A stretch of 36,726 nucleotides of DNA from Elusimicrobiota bacterium (GTDB lineage Bacteria; Elusimicrobiota; Elusimicrobia; 2-01-FULL-59-12), in assembly GCA_038208955.1 (NCBI GenBank), contig JBBQYF010000003.1:1-36726 (forward strand). The letters run 5' to 3'. Made by a program: the position numbers and the translations under genes. The notes under the pieces are model-generated. The model had not been told where the DNA came from. It made no database searches and saw only the letters and a program-made list of their open reading frames with translations. This document shows positions 9,232 to 18,472 of the stretch, one piece after another; position 1 is the stretch's first letter; the number at the start of each line of letters is the position of its first letter.

Positions 9232-9881
9232 ACGAAAATTTTGTAACGGCCCGGGCGCGCGGACTTATGCTTTGCGATGTCTGCGGGTTTCTGATGCAAT
9301 TCAAATCCAAGCGACCTGAAAATATTCATTGCCCACGTTGTGGCCAAGCGGTTTATCCGCGAAAGCCGGCGAGCCTGCAGCGGACGGCGGCCCTCGTGCT
9401 CGCGGCGGCGATTCTGTATTTTCCCGCCAATATGTTACCGATTATGCGGACGTCCACACTCACCTATGTTGACAACAACACCATTTTGAGTGGGATTATA
9501 GAACTGTGGTCGGGGAACTCTTGGCCCCTTGCGATCTTCGTTTTCTTTGTCAGCATTCTCGTGCCGCTTCTTAAATTAGCGGCGCTCAGCCTGTTGATTA
9601 TCAGCACGCATTATCAATGGCGATGGCGGCTTCAAGAACGCACGAGACTCTATCGCTTTCTCGAGTTCATCGGGCGTTGGTCGATGCTCGATGTCTTTGT
9701 GGTTGGCTTGCTCGTTGCCCTGGTGAAACTGCGAGGTCTTGCCACTGTTACGGCCGGTCCCGGGGTCCCACTCTTTGCATCGGTTGTCATTTTAACGATG
9801 TATGCCTCGCAAGCATTTGATCCGCGTCTCATGTGGGATCATCAAGCCTCATCAACTCCCGACCCTATCCGTGGATCCTGA
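9228..9881 (+). CDS. pqiA: Paraquat-inducible protein A family (second half-size copy)
   Basis: ATGA overlap at 9228. CDVC...CPRC, YFPANMLPIM, TILSGIIELW, IGRWSMLDVFVV, FDPRLMWD. Confidence 0.92.
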   Translation: MNENFVTARARGLMLCDVCGFLMQFKSKRPENIHCPRCGQAVYPRKPASLQRTAALVLAAAILYFPANMLPIMRTSTLTYVDNNTILSGIIELWSGNSWPLAIFVFFVSILVPLLKLAALSLLIISTHYQWRWRLQERTRLYRFLEFIGRWSMLDVFVVGLLVALVKLRGLATVTAGPGVPLFASVVILTMYASQAFDPRLMWDHQASSTPDPIRGS

Positions 9882-11388
9882 ACAAGATCATCGGGATGTC
9901 CCCGCCGCTGTCGGCCAGCGCACACGCTTGCCGCTCGTCTGGTTCGTCCCGATCATTGCCGCCCTGCTGGCCGGTTGGATCGCCCTTCGCGCGCTGATTA
10001 CTCACGGTCCGACGATCACCATCGCTTTTAAAGATGCCGCAGGCATCACCGCCGAAAAAACCAAAGTGCGTTACAAGAGCGTTGATGTGGGTGACGTGAA
10101 ATCGGTGACGATCGATCCGGATCATCGGAACATTCAAGTGTCGGTCGAGATCGCTGGCTTTGCCCGACCCTTCCTTGTTTCTGATACGCGGTTTTGGATT
10201 GTTCGTCCCCGTTTAGGCGGTAACGGCGTTTCCGGGCTAGAAACATTGGTGTCGGGCGCTTACATTGATATGGATGTAGGGCGATCGAAAACGACCAAAC
10301 GCGAGTTCGTCGGTCTCGAAAATCCGCCGGGAATTACGGGTGACGTGCCGGGCAAAGAATTTGTCTTAAGCACTCCGGATCTGGGTTCCCTCAGCACCGG
10401 TGCGCCGGTTTATTTTCATCATATTCAAGTCGGCCAAATTAGCGCGCTGGCCCTGGACGACGACGGCCGCGGCATTACCCTGAAAGTTTTTATTTATACG
10501 CCGTACGACCGCTTTGTCACCCAAGACAGCCGCTTCTGGCACGCCAGCGGCGTCGACATGTCCGTCGATTCCTCGGGCATCCGTCTTCTGACAGAATCGA
10601 TCACAACGATCCTTCTGGGTGGTGTCGCCTTTGAAGCGCCGACGACTTCCAACTTGAGCGCTCCGGCAGCGCCCGAAACTCGGTTTGAATTGGCGGCCAA
10701 TCGCGATCTGGCTATGAAACCGCCCGATCGCGTTATTGAACCCTACGTGCTTTATTTTGACGAGTCCCTGCGTGGTTTGACCGTCGGTTCTCAGGTCGAT
10801 TTCCTGGGAATTACTGTCGGCGACGTCACGGCTTTGCACGCCGAATATGATCACGTGAAAGACCGATTTATTTTTCCAGTGTTTATTAACATTTATCCGG
10901 AACGCATCCGCTCCCGCGATCCGAAGGCGGGTGCTTACCCCGGGCATTCCTCGCATCCGCTTGTGGCGCATATGATCGATCGGGGCTACCGGGCGCAGCT
11001 TCGCTCTGCCAATTTGCTCACCGGACAACTTTATATTGCGGTCGACAATTTCCCGCGTGCGGCGAAAGTGAAGCCGCATCCCGAGCTCGAGCCTATGCCG
11101 CTCCCAACGGTTCGCGGCAATCTTGATGAACTGCAGAAGACCATCGCCAGCGTGGCCAACAAAATTGACCACTTGCCGCTCGAAAAAATTGGCCGGGACG
11201 TGGACAATGTTCTTTTGTCATTCAATAACACGCTCAGCAGTACGACGACCGACGCACCGTTGACGAACGATGTCCATGCGACGTTGACCAGCGTCGGCCG
11301 CGCCGCCGATTCACTTCGTGTATTTACCGATTATTTGGATCAGCATCCGGAAGCGTTGCTCCGCGGTAAAGCCAAGGAGGATAAATGA
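9871..11388 (+). CDS. pqiB: PqiB, MCE-domain intermembrane transport protein (3 MCE domains)
   Basis: N-terminal TM (WFVPIIAALLAGW), three MCE repeats (KTKVRYKSVDVG; GAPVYFHHIQVG; GSQVDFLGITVG), SGLETLVSGAYI, helical tail ending HPEALLRGK. GTG 9871 is the likely start. Confidence 0.92.
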   Translation: MDPEQDHRDVPAAVGQRTRLPLVWFVPIIAALLAGWIALRALITHGPTITIAFKDAAGITAEKTKVRYKSVDVGDVKSVTIDPDHRNIQVSVEIAGFARPFLVSDTRFWIVRPRLGGNGVSGLETLVSGAYIDMDVGRSKTTKREFVGLENPPGITGDVPGKEFVLSTPDLGSLSTGAPVYFHHIQVGQISALALDDDGRGITLKVFIYTPYDRFVTQDSRFWHASGVDMSVDSSGIRLLTESITTILLGGVAFEAPTTSNLSAPAAPETRFELAANRDLAMKPPDRVIEPYVLYFDESLRGLTVGSQVDFLGITVGDVTALHAEYDHVKDRFIFPVFINIYPERIRSRDPKAGAYPGHSSHPLVAHMIDRGYRAQLRSANLLTGQLYIAVDNFPRAAKVKPHPELEPMPLPTVRGNLDELQKTIASVANKIDHLPLEKIGRDVDNVLLSFNNTLSSTTTDAPLTNDVHATLTSVGRAADSLRVFTDYLDQHPEALLRGKAKEDK

Positions 11389-11972
11389 GTCGTCATTTTA
11401 GTCGTCTAGGGATAGGGTTGGCCGCACTGGCCTCGCTGGGTGGGTGTTTGTCGCCGCATGAAAATTTTTATACGCTGGATGCCGTCCGACCCACGCCACC
11501 GCAGACCGGTCCTCTCGTAACGATTGTCGTTGGACCGGTCGCTTTACCGCCACTGGTCGACCGTCCGCAATTGGTGGTCCGAGAGGGCGATAACAAAGTC
11601 AAAGTGCTAGAGCAAGAACGCTGGGCCACGCCTCTTAAGGAGTCCTTGCCGAGGCTTCTCGCCGACGAGCTCAGTCAGCGCCTCCCAGACCGCCGCTTCG
11701 TTGCGGCGGGGAGTCGTGCCATCGCCGCAACCGGCGGACGGCTCGTCGTCGATTTCACCCGCTTTGATGTCACGGAGGTTTCTGGCGCCCATGTCCGGGC
11801 CCATTGGATCTATCGTCCAGTCGAATCCGAAACCGATCCTGTCGAAGGGGACTCGGACGTGCAGATCAAACCCACGCTGGCCGGATACGAAAGTCTCGTG
11901 GACGCCTTGCAGCGTGCGAGCCTGGCTCTCGGCGACGATATCGCGGGTCATTTAAAACCTTCGGGGAAATAG
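11385..11972 (+). CDS. pqiC: PqiC-like ABC auxiliary outer-membrane lipoprotein
   Basis: Lipobox LGGC, FYTL, GPVALP..VDRPQLV, RWATPL; ATGA overlap with pqiB. Confidence 0.9.
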   Translation: MSRHFSRLGIGLAALASLGGCLSPHENFYTLDAVRPTPPQTGPLVTIVVGPVALPPLVDRPQLVVREGDNKVKVLEQERWATPLKESLPRLLADELSQRLPDRRFVAAGSRAIAATGGRLVVDFTRFDVTEVSGAHVRAHWIYRPVESETDPVEGDSDVQIKPTLAGYESLVDALQRASLALGDDIAGHLKPSGK

Positions 11973-12066
11973 GAAGGGAGTCCGGCGATCGGGGCGGGCG
12001 GTGCCTTCGGGGGAGTAGGCCCAGTCAAAATGGGGCCTTGTTGTTCATACTCTAGTAACAATCAAC

Positions 12067-12075
12067 TGCTACACT
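12067..12075 (+). promoter_or_regulatory. Putative extended -10 promoter element
   Basis: TGcTACACT about 48 nt upstream of ATG 12123; AGAAGG RBS-like sequence at 12112-12117. Confidence 0.4.
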
Positions 12076-12122
12076 TTGTCTCTCGTCGTCGATCATTTAA
12101 TAGTCGGTTCTAGAAGGCACGT

Positions 12123-12908
12123 ATGTCCAGATTCGCACCCTGTCAATTCTTCAATACCTTGGGCGAGCATCGCCTGGGTCCCCGGATGGGATACCACTTC
12201 CGCCATAACTTGGGCGTACGAACACACCTCCGTCGGCAATTCCGTAAATATCGGGTGGGCGCTTCATCCATTTATGCCGAGGGCCAATGGGTTCAGGTGC
12301 TCGACAAGGAAAGCATTCAACGCACCCTCGACGCGGACTCGAAACATCGGGGATTGCCATTTCTTCCCTATCAGTGGATTCATTGCGGTGAGATTTACCG
12401 CGTCCAAAAAATTATTCGCAGCATGCTTGATGACGAAGGGATATTCCGGCCCATTGCGCGGACGGTTTTGCTAGAGAACGTTGATTGCAGTAGCAACCCC
12501 GCCGGACAAGGTTGCGGGCGCGGTTGCCCGCTGATGTTCCGCGACGAGTGGTTAAAACCTGCCGCGCCCGCGACGACTGTGGTGCCGGCGCTCAATGGCT
12601 TGCCGGGCCGCTACGCGTGTGTGCGTTCAGCCCAAGAAATTCAGGCGACACTCGATTCCAAGGGCAAACGAGACGGTCTTGCATTTATGCCGGAGATGTA
12701 CCGGTGGACGGATCGGCGCTTTCGCGTGACTCGCTCCATCGAAAAAACCTTCGAGTTCGAAAAATATGTGACCCCTCGCGGAGGGGTATTTATTCTCGAC
12801 GGCCTCTATTGCTCCGGCGCCATCCTCGGGCGGGCCGGTCTATGCGAACGAACGTGCTCGGTCTTGTGGCATAAAGATTGGTTAACCTTCGAAAACACTC
12901 CGGCCTGA
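12123..12908 (+). CDS. Hypothetical Cys-containing protein made of two homologous domains
   Basis: Internal duplication: ESIQRTLDADSKHRGLPF...C...GCGRGCPLMFRDEWL versus QEIQATLDSKGKRDGLAF...C...LCERTCSVLWHKDWL. Confidence 0.7.
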   Translation: MSRFAPCQFFNTLGEHRLGPRMGYHFRHNLGVRTHLRRQFRKYRVGASSIYAEGQWVQVLDKESIQRTLDADSKHRGLPFLPYQWIHCGEIYRVQKIIRSMLDDEGIFRPIARTVLLENVDCSSNPAGQGCGRGCPLMFRDEWLKPAAPATTVVPALNGLPGRYACVRSAQEIQATLDSKGKRDGLAFMPEMYRWTDRRFRVTRSIEKTFEFEKYVTPRGGVFILDGLYCSGAILGRAGLCERTCSVLWHKDWLTFENTPA

Positions 12909-12920
12909 TAGCCGGAATCG

Positions 12921-13790
12921 ATGGAACCGTCCGTTAAAAAAGTCTTAATCGAGGGGTGGGAGAAGATCGGCCGGTTCGCGGCGGCCTCCTACATCGTCGG
13001 ACCGGAATTGAAAGATGGTCTGAAGGCTTGCCGCCGCCAAGCCACCCGCCAATGTCCAACGACCCTTGCTTACTGGAACAACGTTAAAGAATCTCCCGAA
13101 CTTGTCGCCGCCGCCTATCTGCGAGCGCTCGACGCCTTGGCGAGTGAAAAACTCGATTCCTACCTTTCGATCAAAGCCCCTTTTATTGGTTTCAACCGGA
13201 CGCTCTTCAAAGAGGTCTTGGAGCGTAGTAAAATGCGCTCGGTCCCCTTACACTTCGACGCTCAGGGGCATGGCGAGGCCGATGACACCTTCGCGATGAT
13301 CGACGAAGCCCAGACCCATTATCCAGGCATTGGCTGTACGTTGCCGGGCCGCTGGCGGCGTAGTCTCGCCGATGCGGATTGGGCGATCCAGCGCGCACTT
13401 CCTGTGCGTGTCGTTAAAGGCCAATTGCCGGACCCCCAAACGCCCGAAATAAATTTACGCGAAGGTTTTCTGGCCGTGATTGACCGGTTGGCGGGACGCG
13501 CGCGGTCCGTGTCGGTCGCTACGCATGACGGTCCGTTAGCTGAAAAAGCGATCGACCGATTACTGAAAGCGCGGACACCTTGTCAGGTGGAGCTGCTTTA
13601 CGGATTGCCCGCCCAGCCGGTTCGCCGGATTGCCGAGCGCGCCGGTGTCCCAGTGTGCCTGTACATACCTTATGGGCATGGATTTCTGCCTTACTGGTTT
13701 TCCCAAGCCTACCGCAGGCCCGTTATTTTTTGGTGGATCACGCGTGACATCGCAAGGGCGACGGCATCGAACGTTCTCATCGGGCGATAA
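12921..13790 (+). CDS. Proline dehydrogenase-like FAD (beta/alpha)8 oxidoreductase, atypical
   Basis: PRODH-fold motifs SIKAP, VRVVKG, VATHD, ELLYG, YIPYG. The canonical substrate-binding RR is absent at the aligned position. Confidence 0.75.
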   Translation: MEPSVKKVLIEGWEKIGRFAAASYIVGPELKDGLKACRRQATRQCPTTLAYWNNVKESPELVAAAYLRALDALASEKLDSYLSIKAPFIGFNRTLFKEVLERSKMRSVPLHFDAQGHGEADDTFAMIDEAQTHYPGIGCTLPGRWRRSLADADWAIQRALPVRVVKGQLPDPQTPEINLREGFLAVIDRLAGRARSVSVATHDGPLAEKAIDRLLKARTPCQVELLYGLPAQPVRRIAERAGVPVCLYIPYGHGFLPYWFSQAYRRPVIFWWITRDIARATASNVLIGR

Positions 13791-13830
13791 ACGGTCTTTC
13801 CCGCGCTCGGCAGGGACGCTAACAAGGTTG

Positions 13831-14823
13831 CTAGCGATCAATCGCCTTCATATTCGCCGCCGCATAGCGGTCGCCCACGACGGCGTTTTCCGGAACCGCC
13901 TCTTCGAGCTCGGCAATGTCAGTGGAAGACAGGGATATTTCCGCGGCCGCCGCATTCTCTTCCAAATACTTCCGGCGTTTGGTTCCGGGAATCGGCACAA
14001 TGTCTTCGCCTTTGGCCAGTACCCATGCCAGCACCAGCTGACCGGCTGTGATTCCCCGACGCGCCGCGATGGCTTTCACCCGCCCGACCAGCGCTTGATT
14101 TTTCTCGAAGGCCTCCCCCGCAAACCGCGGATAGCGTTGGGCCCGGGAATCGTTTGCGGACAGGTCACTTTTTTGAGTAATCGTTCCCGTCAAGAACCCG
14201 CGGCCTAAAGGGCTATAGGGAACAAATCCAATCCCCAGCTCGCGAACGGTCGGCAGGATCGTCGCTTCGACGTGGCGTTCCCAGAGGGAAAATTCGGTTT
14301 GCAAGGCTGTCACGGGAAAAACTTTATGCGCGCGCCGGACCGTTGCGGGCGAGGCCTCTGAGAGTCCCAGGTAAAGCACCTTTCCCGCTTTCACCAGCAA
14401 CGACATGGCGCCAACGGTTTCTTCAATCGGCGTTTCTGGATCGACGCGATGTTGGTAATACAGATCAATGTGATCGACACCCAGGCGTTGGAGCGAGGTG
14501 TCGCATGCTTGCCGGACATACTTGGGTCGGCCGCTTATTCCCCAAAAGGAGGGATCTTCTTTTTTGCGCAGGCTAGCGAACTTCGTCGCCAGAAAAACAT
14601 CGTTGCGGCGGCCGCGGATCGTTTTGCCGATCAGCGTTTCATTGTCGCCCAAGCCATAGGCATCGGCGGTATCCAGAAAATTGATCCCCAGATCTAAAGC
14701 TCGGTGAAGCGTTGCCGCGGATTCGGCATCGTTACGTTCGCCATAGAATTCGCTCATCCCCATACAGCCCAGACCCATCCGGGAGACGATCGCGCCTTGG
14801 GACCCCAACTTTACTTTGTTCAT
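13831..14823 (-). CDS. Aldo/keto reductase
   Basis: [50 protein letters not shown]. Confidence 0.95.
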   Translation of the reverse strand: MNKVKLGSQGAIVSRMGLGCMGMSEFYGERNDAESAATLHRALDLGINFLDTADAYGLGDNETLIGKTIRGRRNDVFLATKFASLRKKEDPSFWGISGRPKYVRQACDTSLQRLGVDHIDLYYQHRVDPETPIEETVGAMSLLVKAGKVLYLGLSEASPATVRRAHKVFPVTALQTEFSLWERHVEATILPTVRELGIGFVPYSPLGRGFLTGTITQKSDLSANDSRAQRYPRFAGEAFEKNQALVGRVKAIAARRGITAGQLVLAWVLAKGEDIVPIPGTKRRKYLEENAAAAEISLSSTDIAELEEAVPENAVVGDRYAAANMKAIDR

Positions 14824-14844
14824 GAAAGCGTCAACCCCAATTGC

Positions 14845-16125
14845 TTAATAGTAAGGTTCCCAAATCCAGAACACCAACTCCGTGAGGCGTTTATGCAGGC
14901 CGCGGTGGCTCCAGATGTCGTAGGTCACTTCGTCGCAATTTTTTCGATCGTCGGCGAACATTTTTTCCATTTTCTCCGCGAATCCACGATCGTAAAAAGC
15001 AAGACTCTCTTCCGCATTGTTGTTCATGGAGCGGGCATCGAAGTTAATGGAACCGATGGTCGCGTACAGGCTGTCGACGACGAGTGTTTTGTGGTGCATC
15101 ATCGTCGGTTTGTATTCGTAAATTTTTACACCGCCCTTCAGTAATTCGCCGTAATGCATCCAGGAAGCGGAACGCACCATCGCGGAATCGCTGTAGCGTC
15201 CTGGAACCATGATCTGGACATCAACGCCGCGCTTGACGGCTTTCACCAAAGCGTCGCGTACCTGCTTGTCCGGTAGAAAATAGGGATTGGCAATATGAAT
15301 ACTTTTGTTGGAGGTTTGGATGGCGACGTAATAGAGCATTTTAGCCAGGGAGGAGGCGTCCCCCTTGGAGGCGCGAATCGCTTGTGCCGTGATCGAGCCG
15401 GCGGGAGCGATCGTCGGATAAAGGTGGTCTCCCGCCAAAATTTCGCCCGTCGTGTAAGTCCAATCCTCTGAAAAAATCGCCTGCATCTGTGCGGCGACGG
15501 GACCATCGACGCGCACCTGCGTATCGCGCCATTCATTTTTTGTCCGAGCGTTGCCCAGCCAGTTTTTCTGAATTCCCAGGCCACCCGTATAGGCGATATG
15601 ACCATCGATGACGAGAATTTTACGATGCGTGCGCTGCGCGGTTTTATAGATCGTGAAAATCTTAAGCGGACGATACGTCCGGACTTGCACGCCCGCCTCC
15701 TCCAATTGTTTTTTCATCGCCAGCGTAACCCGGCCGCCGAAGGCGTCCCGCAGAAACCGCACTTGCACGCCGCGTTTGGCTGCAGCCACCATGGCATCGG
15801 CGAACTGTTGGCCGGCCGCGTCGGGCTTAAAAATATAGGTTTCTAGGTTGACGGTATACTTCGCTTCACGGATCTCGCGTGTCATGGTCGAGAAAATGGC
15901 ATCGCCATTTTTCAGAAGCTCGGCGGAGTTGTTGTCTACCATCGCGGTGCCAAGCGATTCAGCCGAATGACGAAATTGGGGACTTTCGATCGCAAAGGGA
16001 TGGTCGAATTTATAAACGTCGCGTTTCTCCGAGCGAATGGAACCGGGAATTAAGGCGCAACCACTCACGCCGAATCCGGCGAGCCCGAGGGAAATTATTA
16101 ACGAAAGAGAGTGCGAGGGACGCAT
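14845..16125 (-). CDS. cls: Phospholipase D family / cardiolipin synthase-like protein with a lipoprotein-type signal
   Basis: Two HKD motifs (HRKILVIDG, HHKTLVVD), WRDT, NPYF, GSINFD.RS...N.E. Lipobox VSGC. ATG 16125 chosen as start. Confidence 0.85.
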   Translation of the reverse strand: MRPSHSLSLIISLGLAGFGVSGCALIPGSIRSEKRDVYKFDHPFAIESPQFRHSAESLGTAMVDNNSAELLKNGDAIFSTMTREIREAKYTVNLETYIFKPDAAGQQFADAMVAAAKRGVQVRFLRDAFGGRVTLAMKKQLEEAGVQVRTYRPLKIFTIYKTAQRTHRKILVIDGHIAYTGGLGIQKNWLGNARTKNEWRDTQVRVDGPVAAQMQAIFSEDWTYTTGEILAGDHLYPTIAPAGSITAQAIRASKGDASSLAKMLYYVAIQTSNKSIHIANPYFLPDKQVRDALVKAVKRGVDVQIMVPGRYSDSAMVRSASWMHYGELLKGGVKIYEYKPTMMHHKTLVVDSLYATIGSINFDARSMNNNAEESLAFYDRGFAEKMEKMFADDRKNCDEVTYDIWSHRGLHKRLTELVFWIWEPYY

Positions 16126-16179
16126 GGCTGACCGTGGGACACGCAAGAGGGCGAAGGGGTTACCGGTCGTGGCGCGGCG

Positions 16180-16683
16180 CTACCGGTTCCAGTGAATACC
16201 CTCTCGCATAGAGGCGAATTGTGTCTGGGCATTGGACCAGGCATCCTTGGGGGCGGAAAACGTTATTTGGTCGATAAAGGGGGGCTTGCTTGAAAAGTAG
16301 GTTTGCTCGATACGAGCTTCTTTATCTTTTGCGGTGCCGATGACGAGAACGGACGAACGACCCGCAAACAAAACTCTGGATTGGCGAGTGTATCCCGGTT
16401 CAAAAAGTTGAGTCAGTATTTCCGAGCTAACCCAAACATCGAAAGGGTAGTCCGCTTTCTCGCGCTGCGCCGTGATGGTGATGTGGGGATCGGCCGAAAT
16501 TTGGAATGTGATCGAGCCTGTGTCGGGTGTCTCGCGAAGGTCCGCTTCCGTCCATGAGCGCTTCACCCGGAGGTGCACGCCCACCAAGGAATCATTGACG
16601 TCCTTCCATTCTGTTGCCGGTTCAGCCGAGGCCGCGGAGACTACGCTAAACCCAAGCAGCATTTGAAGCATGGTCCTTTTCAT
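16180..16683 (-). CDS. Hypothetical secreted protein (possibly PsbP/Mog1-like fold)
   Basis: AGGGGG RBS before ATG 16683; signal peptide ends VSAASA. The fold is a guess from the strand pattern and terminal helix. Confidence 0.65.
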   Translation of the reverse strand: MKRTMLQMLLGFSVVSAASAEPATEWKDVNDSLVGVHLRVKRSWTEADLRETPDTGSITFQISADPHITITAQREKADYPFDVWVSSEILTQLFEPGYTRQSRVLFAGRSSVLVIGTAKDKEARIEQTYFSSKPPFIDQITFSAPKDAWSNAQTQFASMREGIHWNR

Positions 16684-16847
16684 AAGGCCCCCTGAAGACT
16701 CACAGTCCAATCCAATTACCCCACCGGGCATCTATCCGACACTCTCATACAGTACAACTAAATAGGCTCTGGCAAAAGCGACGAAATGGGCGATTCGGAA
16801 AGGAATGCTGCAATGCGGATGTAACATTGATCATGCAGGCTTAGAGT

Positions 16848-17033
16848 ATGAAAAAAGTTCGCGTCCCGAATCCTCCCACGCCCGTCGTCGCGACGGATAC
16901 GGAAAGTCTGATGACCGAAATGTCGCGTTTGTATCGTGAGCGAATACGCGCTCTCTACAATAACGATACCGCCGGCTTGCAAATGACCGCCGACCAAATA
17001 GAGCTCATTAAAAAAAAGCTTGCCGCGTTGTAA
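16848..17033 (+). CDS. Small hypothetical helical protein (61 aa)
   Basis: Fills the gap and abuts the convergent decarboxylase stop; amphipathic helical composition; no RBS. Confidence 0.55.
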   Translation: MKKVRVPNPPTPVVATDTESLMTEMSRLYRERIRALYNNDTAGLQMTADQIELIKKKLAAL

Positions 17034-18470
17034 CTATTGTCGCTCGGATCGCAGCCGCTGGGATTCCTTTTGAATCGTTAACCAAGCCTGCCGCAAAACC
17101 TCTTCATTCGTCAGAATATTTCCGACGGCCAATCGCAAGACAACGCGGCCTCGCAGGCGCGTGGTCGTCAGGTACAGGCTGCCGGAGTCATTGAGGCGCG
17201 AAAGCAGGGTTTCATTAAACGCATCAATTTGGGCGACAGTCCCGTCGAACTTTGCCCGGAAACACTGCACCGCCATCGACGCGGGTGCCATGCGTTCAAA
17301 GGAGTGATCCGCCTCCAGCCAGGCTCCGACCAACGCCGCTAAGCGCAGATGTTCTCGGAGGAATGCTTCGATACCCGACCGTCCAAACGACCGCCAGACC
17401 ATCCAGGCTTTCAGGGCACGAAAGCGCCGACCGAGCTGGATTCCATAATCCATATAGTTCACGTCAGACTTCGACGCATCGCCCGCGAGATATTCGGGGA
17501 CGAGGGCAAAGACGGCACGCAAAATATCCGGTCGTTTGACGAACAGGACACTAAAGTCGAGAGGTACAAAAAGCCATTTATGCGGGTTAATTACGATTGA
17601 ATCCGCCTCTTCGGCACCGTCAAAGAACGGACGACCCTCGGGGAGTAAAGCCATGGCCCCTCCGTAAGCGGCATCGACATGCATCCAGAGATGGTGACGG
17701 CGACAGATAGCGGCCACGGACCGGAGTGGGTCCACCGCGGCGGTCGAAGTCGTACCCACCGTGGCAATCACGGCCATGGGTTCGTGTCCCTCCGCGCAAT
17801 CGGCCTGAATGGCTTCTTCCAACGCTTCCGGCCGTAGGCGAAACGCCTCGTCGGTCGCGACCCGAATGACATTGGTTTCGCCCAGCCCAAGGAGTATGGC
17901 TGCCTTCTCGAGCGAGCTATGGGCCTGGTCGGACGCATATAAGCGGAGTGATTTGGATCCCTTTGAAAGTCCATTGCGCCGAGTGCCTGGACGCACTTGC
18001 TCGCGCGCCGCACTCAAGGCATGCGCGAGTCCGACGGAAGCAGTGTCATAAACGATGCCGCTGAACTCGGACGGAAGGCCGAGCATGTCGCGAAGCCAAC
18101 CCAGCACCACCGTCTCAAGCTCCGTCGCTGCCGGCGAGGTTTGCCAGGTCATCGCGCTGACATTCAGCCCGGCCGCCAGAAGTTCGGCGACGATACCTGG
18201 ACCTGTGGTCGTCGAACCAAAATAAGCGAGGAAGGCGGGATGTCCCCAGTGCAGAACGGCGGGTACAATGTCCTGCCGAAATTGATCGAGAAGTACCGAA
18301 AACGGCGTGGGTTGGTCAGGAAGTTGAGGGGGGAATTTGGCCGAAAATATACCCGGTCGAATTGCCGGAGAAACGCGCTGATCGGAAAGGGTGGCGCGGT
18401 ATGTCGTTACCCACTCACTGGCCTGGCGCAAAGCGTCGGCAAATTCTTCCGACGCCCAATCGCGAGGCAC
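17034..18470 (-). CDS. Group II PLP-dependent (aromatic-L-amino-acid-type) decarboxylase
   Basis: HWGHPAFLAYF, WQTSPAATELE, SDQAHSS, GTT.T.AVD, HVDAAYGG, NPHKW (PLP Lys), QLGRRFRALK. GTG start 2 nt after the upstream stop. Confidence 0.92.
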   Translation of the reverse strand: MPRDWASEEFADALRQASEWVTTYRATLSDQRVSPAIRPGIFSAKFPPQLPDQPTPFSVLLDQFRQDIVPAVLHWGHPAFLAYFGSTTTGPGIVAELLAAGLNVSAMTWQTSPAATELETVVLGWLRDMLGLPSEFSGIVYDTASVGLAHALSAAREQVRPGTRRNGLSKGSKSLRLYASDQAHSSLEKAAILLGLGETNVIRVATDEAFRLRPEALEEAIQADCAEGHEPMAVIATVGTTSTAAVDPLRSVAAICRRHHLWMHVDAAYGGAMALLPEGRPFFDGAEEADSIVINPHKWLFVPLDFSVLFVKRPDILRAVFALVPEYLAGDASKSDVNYMDYGIQLGRRFRALKAWMVWRSFGRSGIEAFLREHLRLAALVGAWLEADHSFERMAPASMAVQCFRAKFDGTVAQIDAFNETLLSRLNDSGSLYLTTTRLRGRVVLRLAVGNILTNEEVLRQAWLTIQKESQRLRSERQ

Positions 18471-18472
18471 GT

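Noticed and set aside
10366-11172. 268-aa antisense ORF
   Set aside because: Shadow frame of pqiB, expected in GC-rich coding DNA.
12017-12046. AGGCCC...GGGCCT hairpin after pqiC as a terminator
   Set aside because: Short stem with a long loop and an interrupted U tract; insufficient support.
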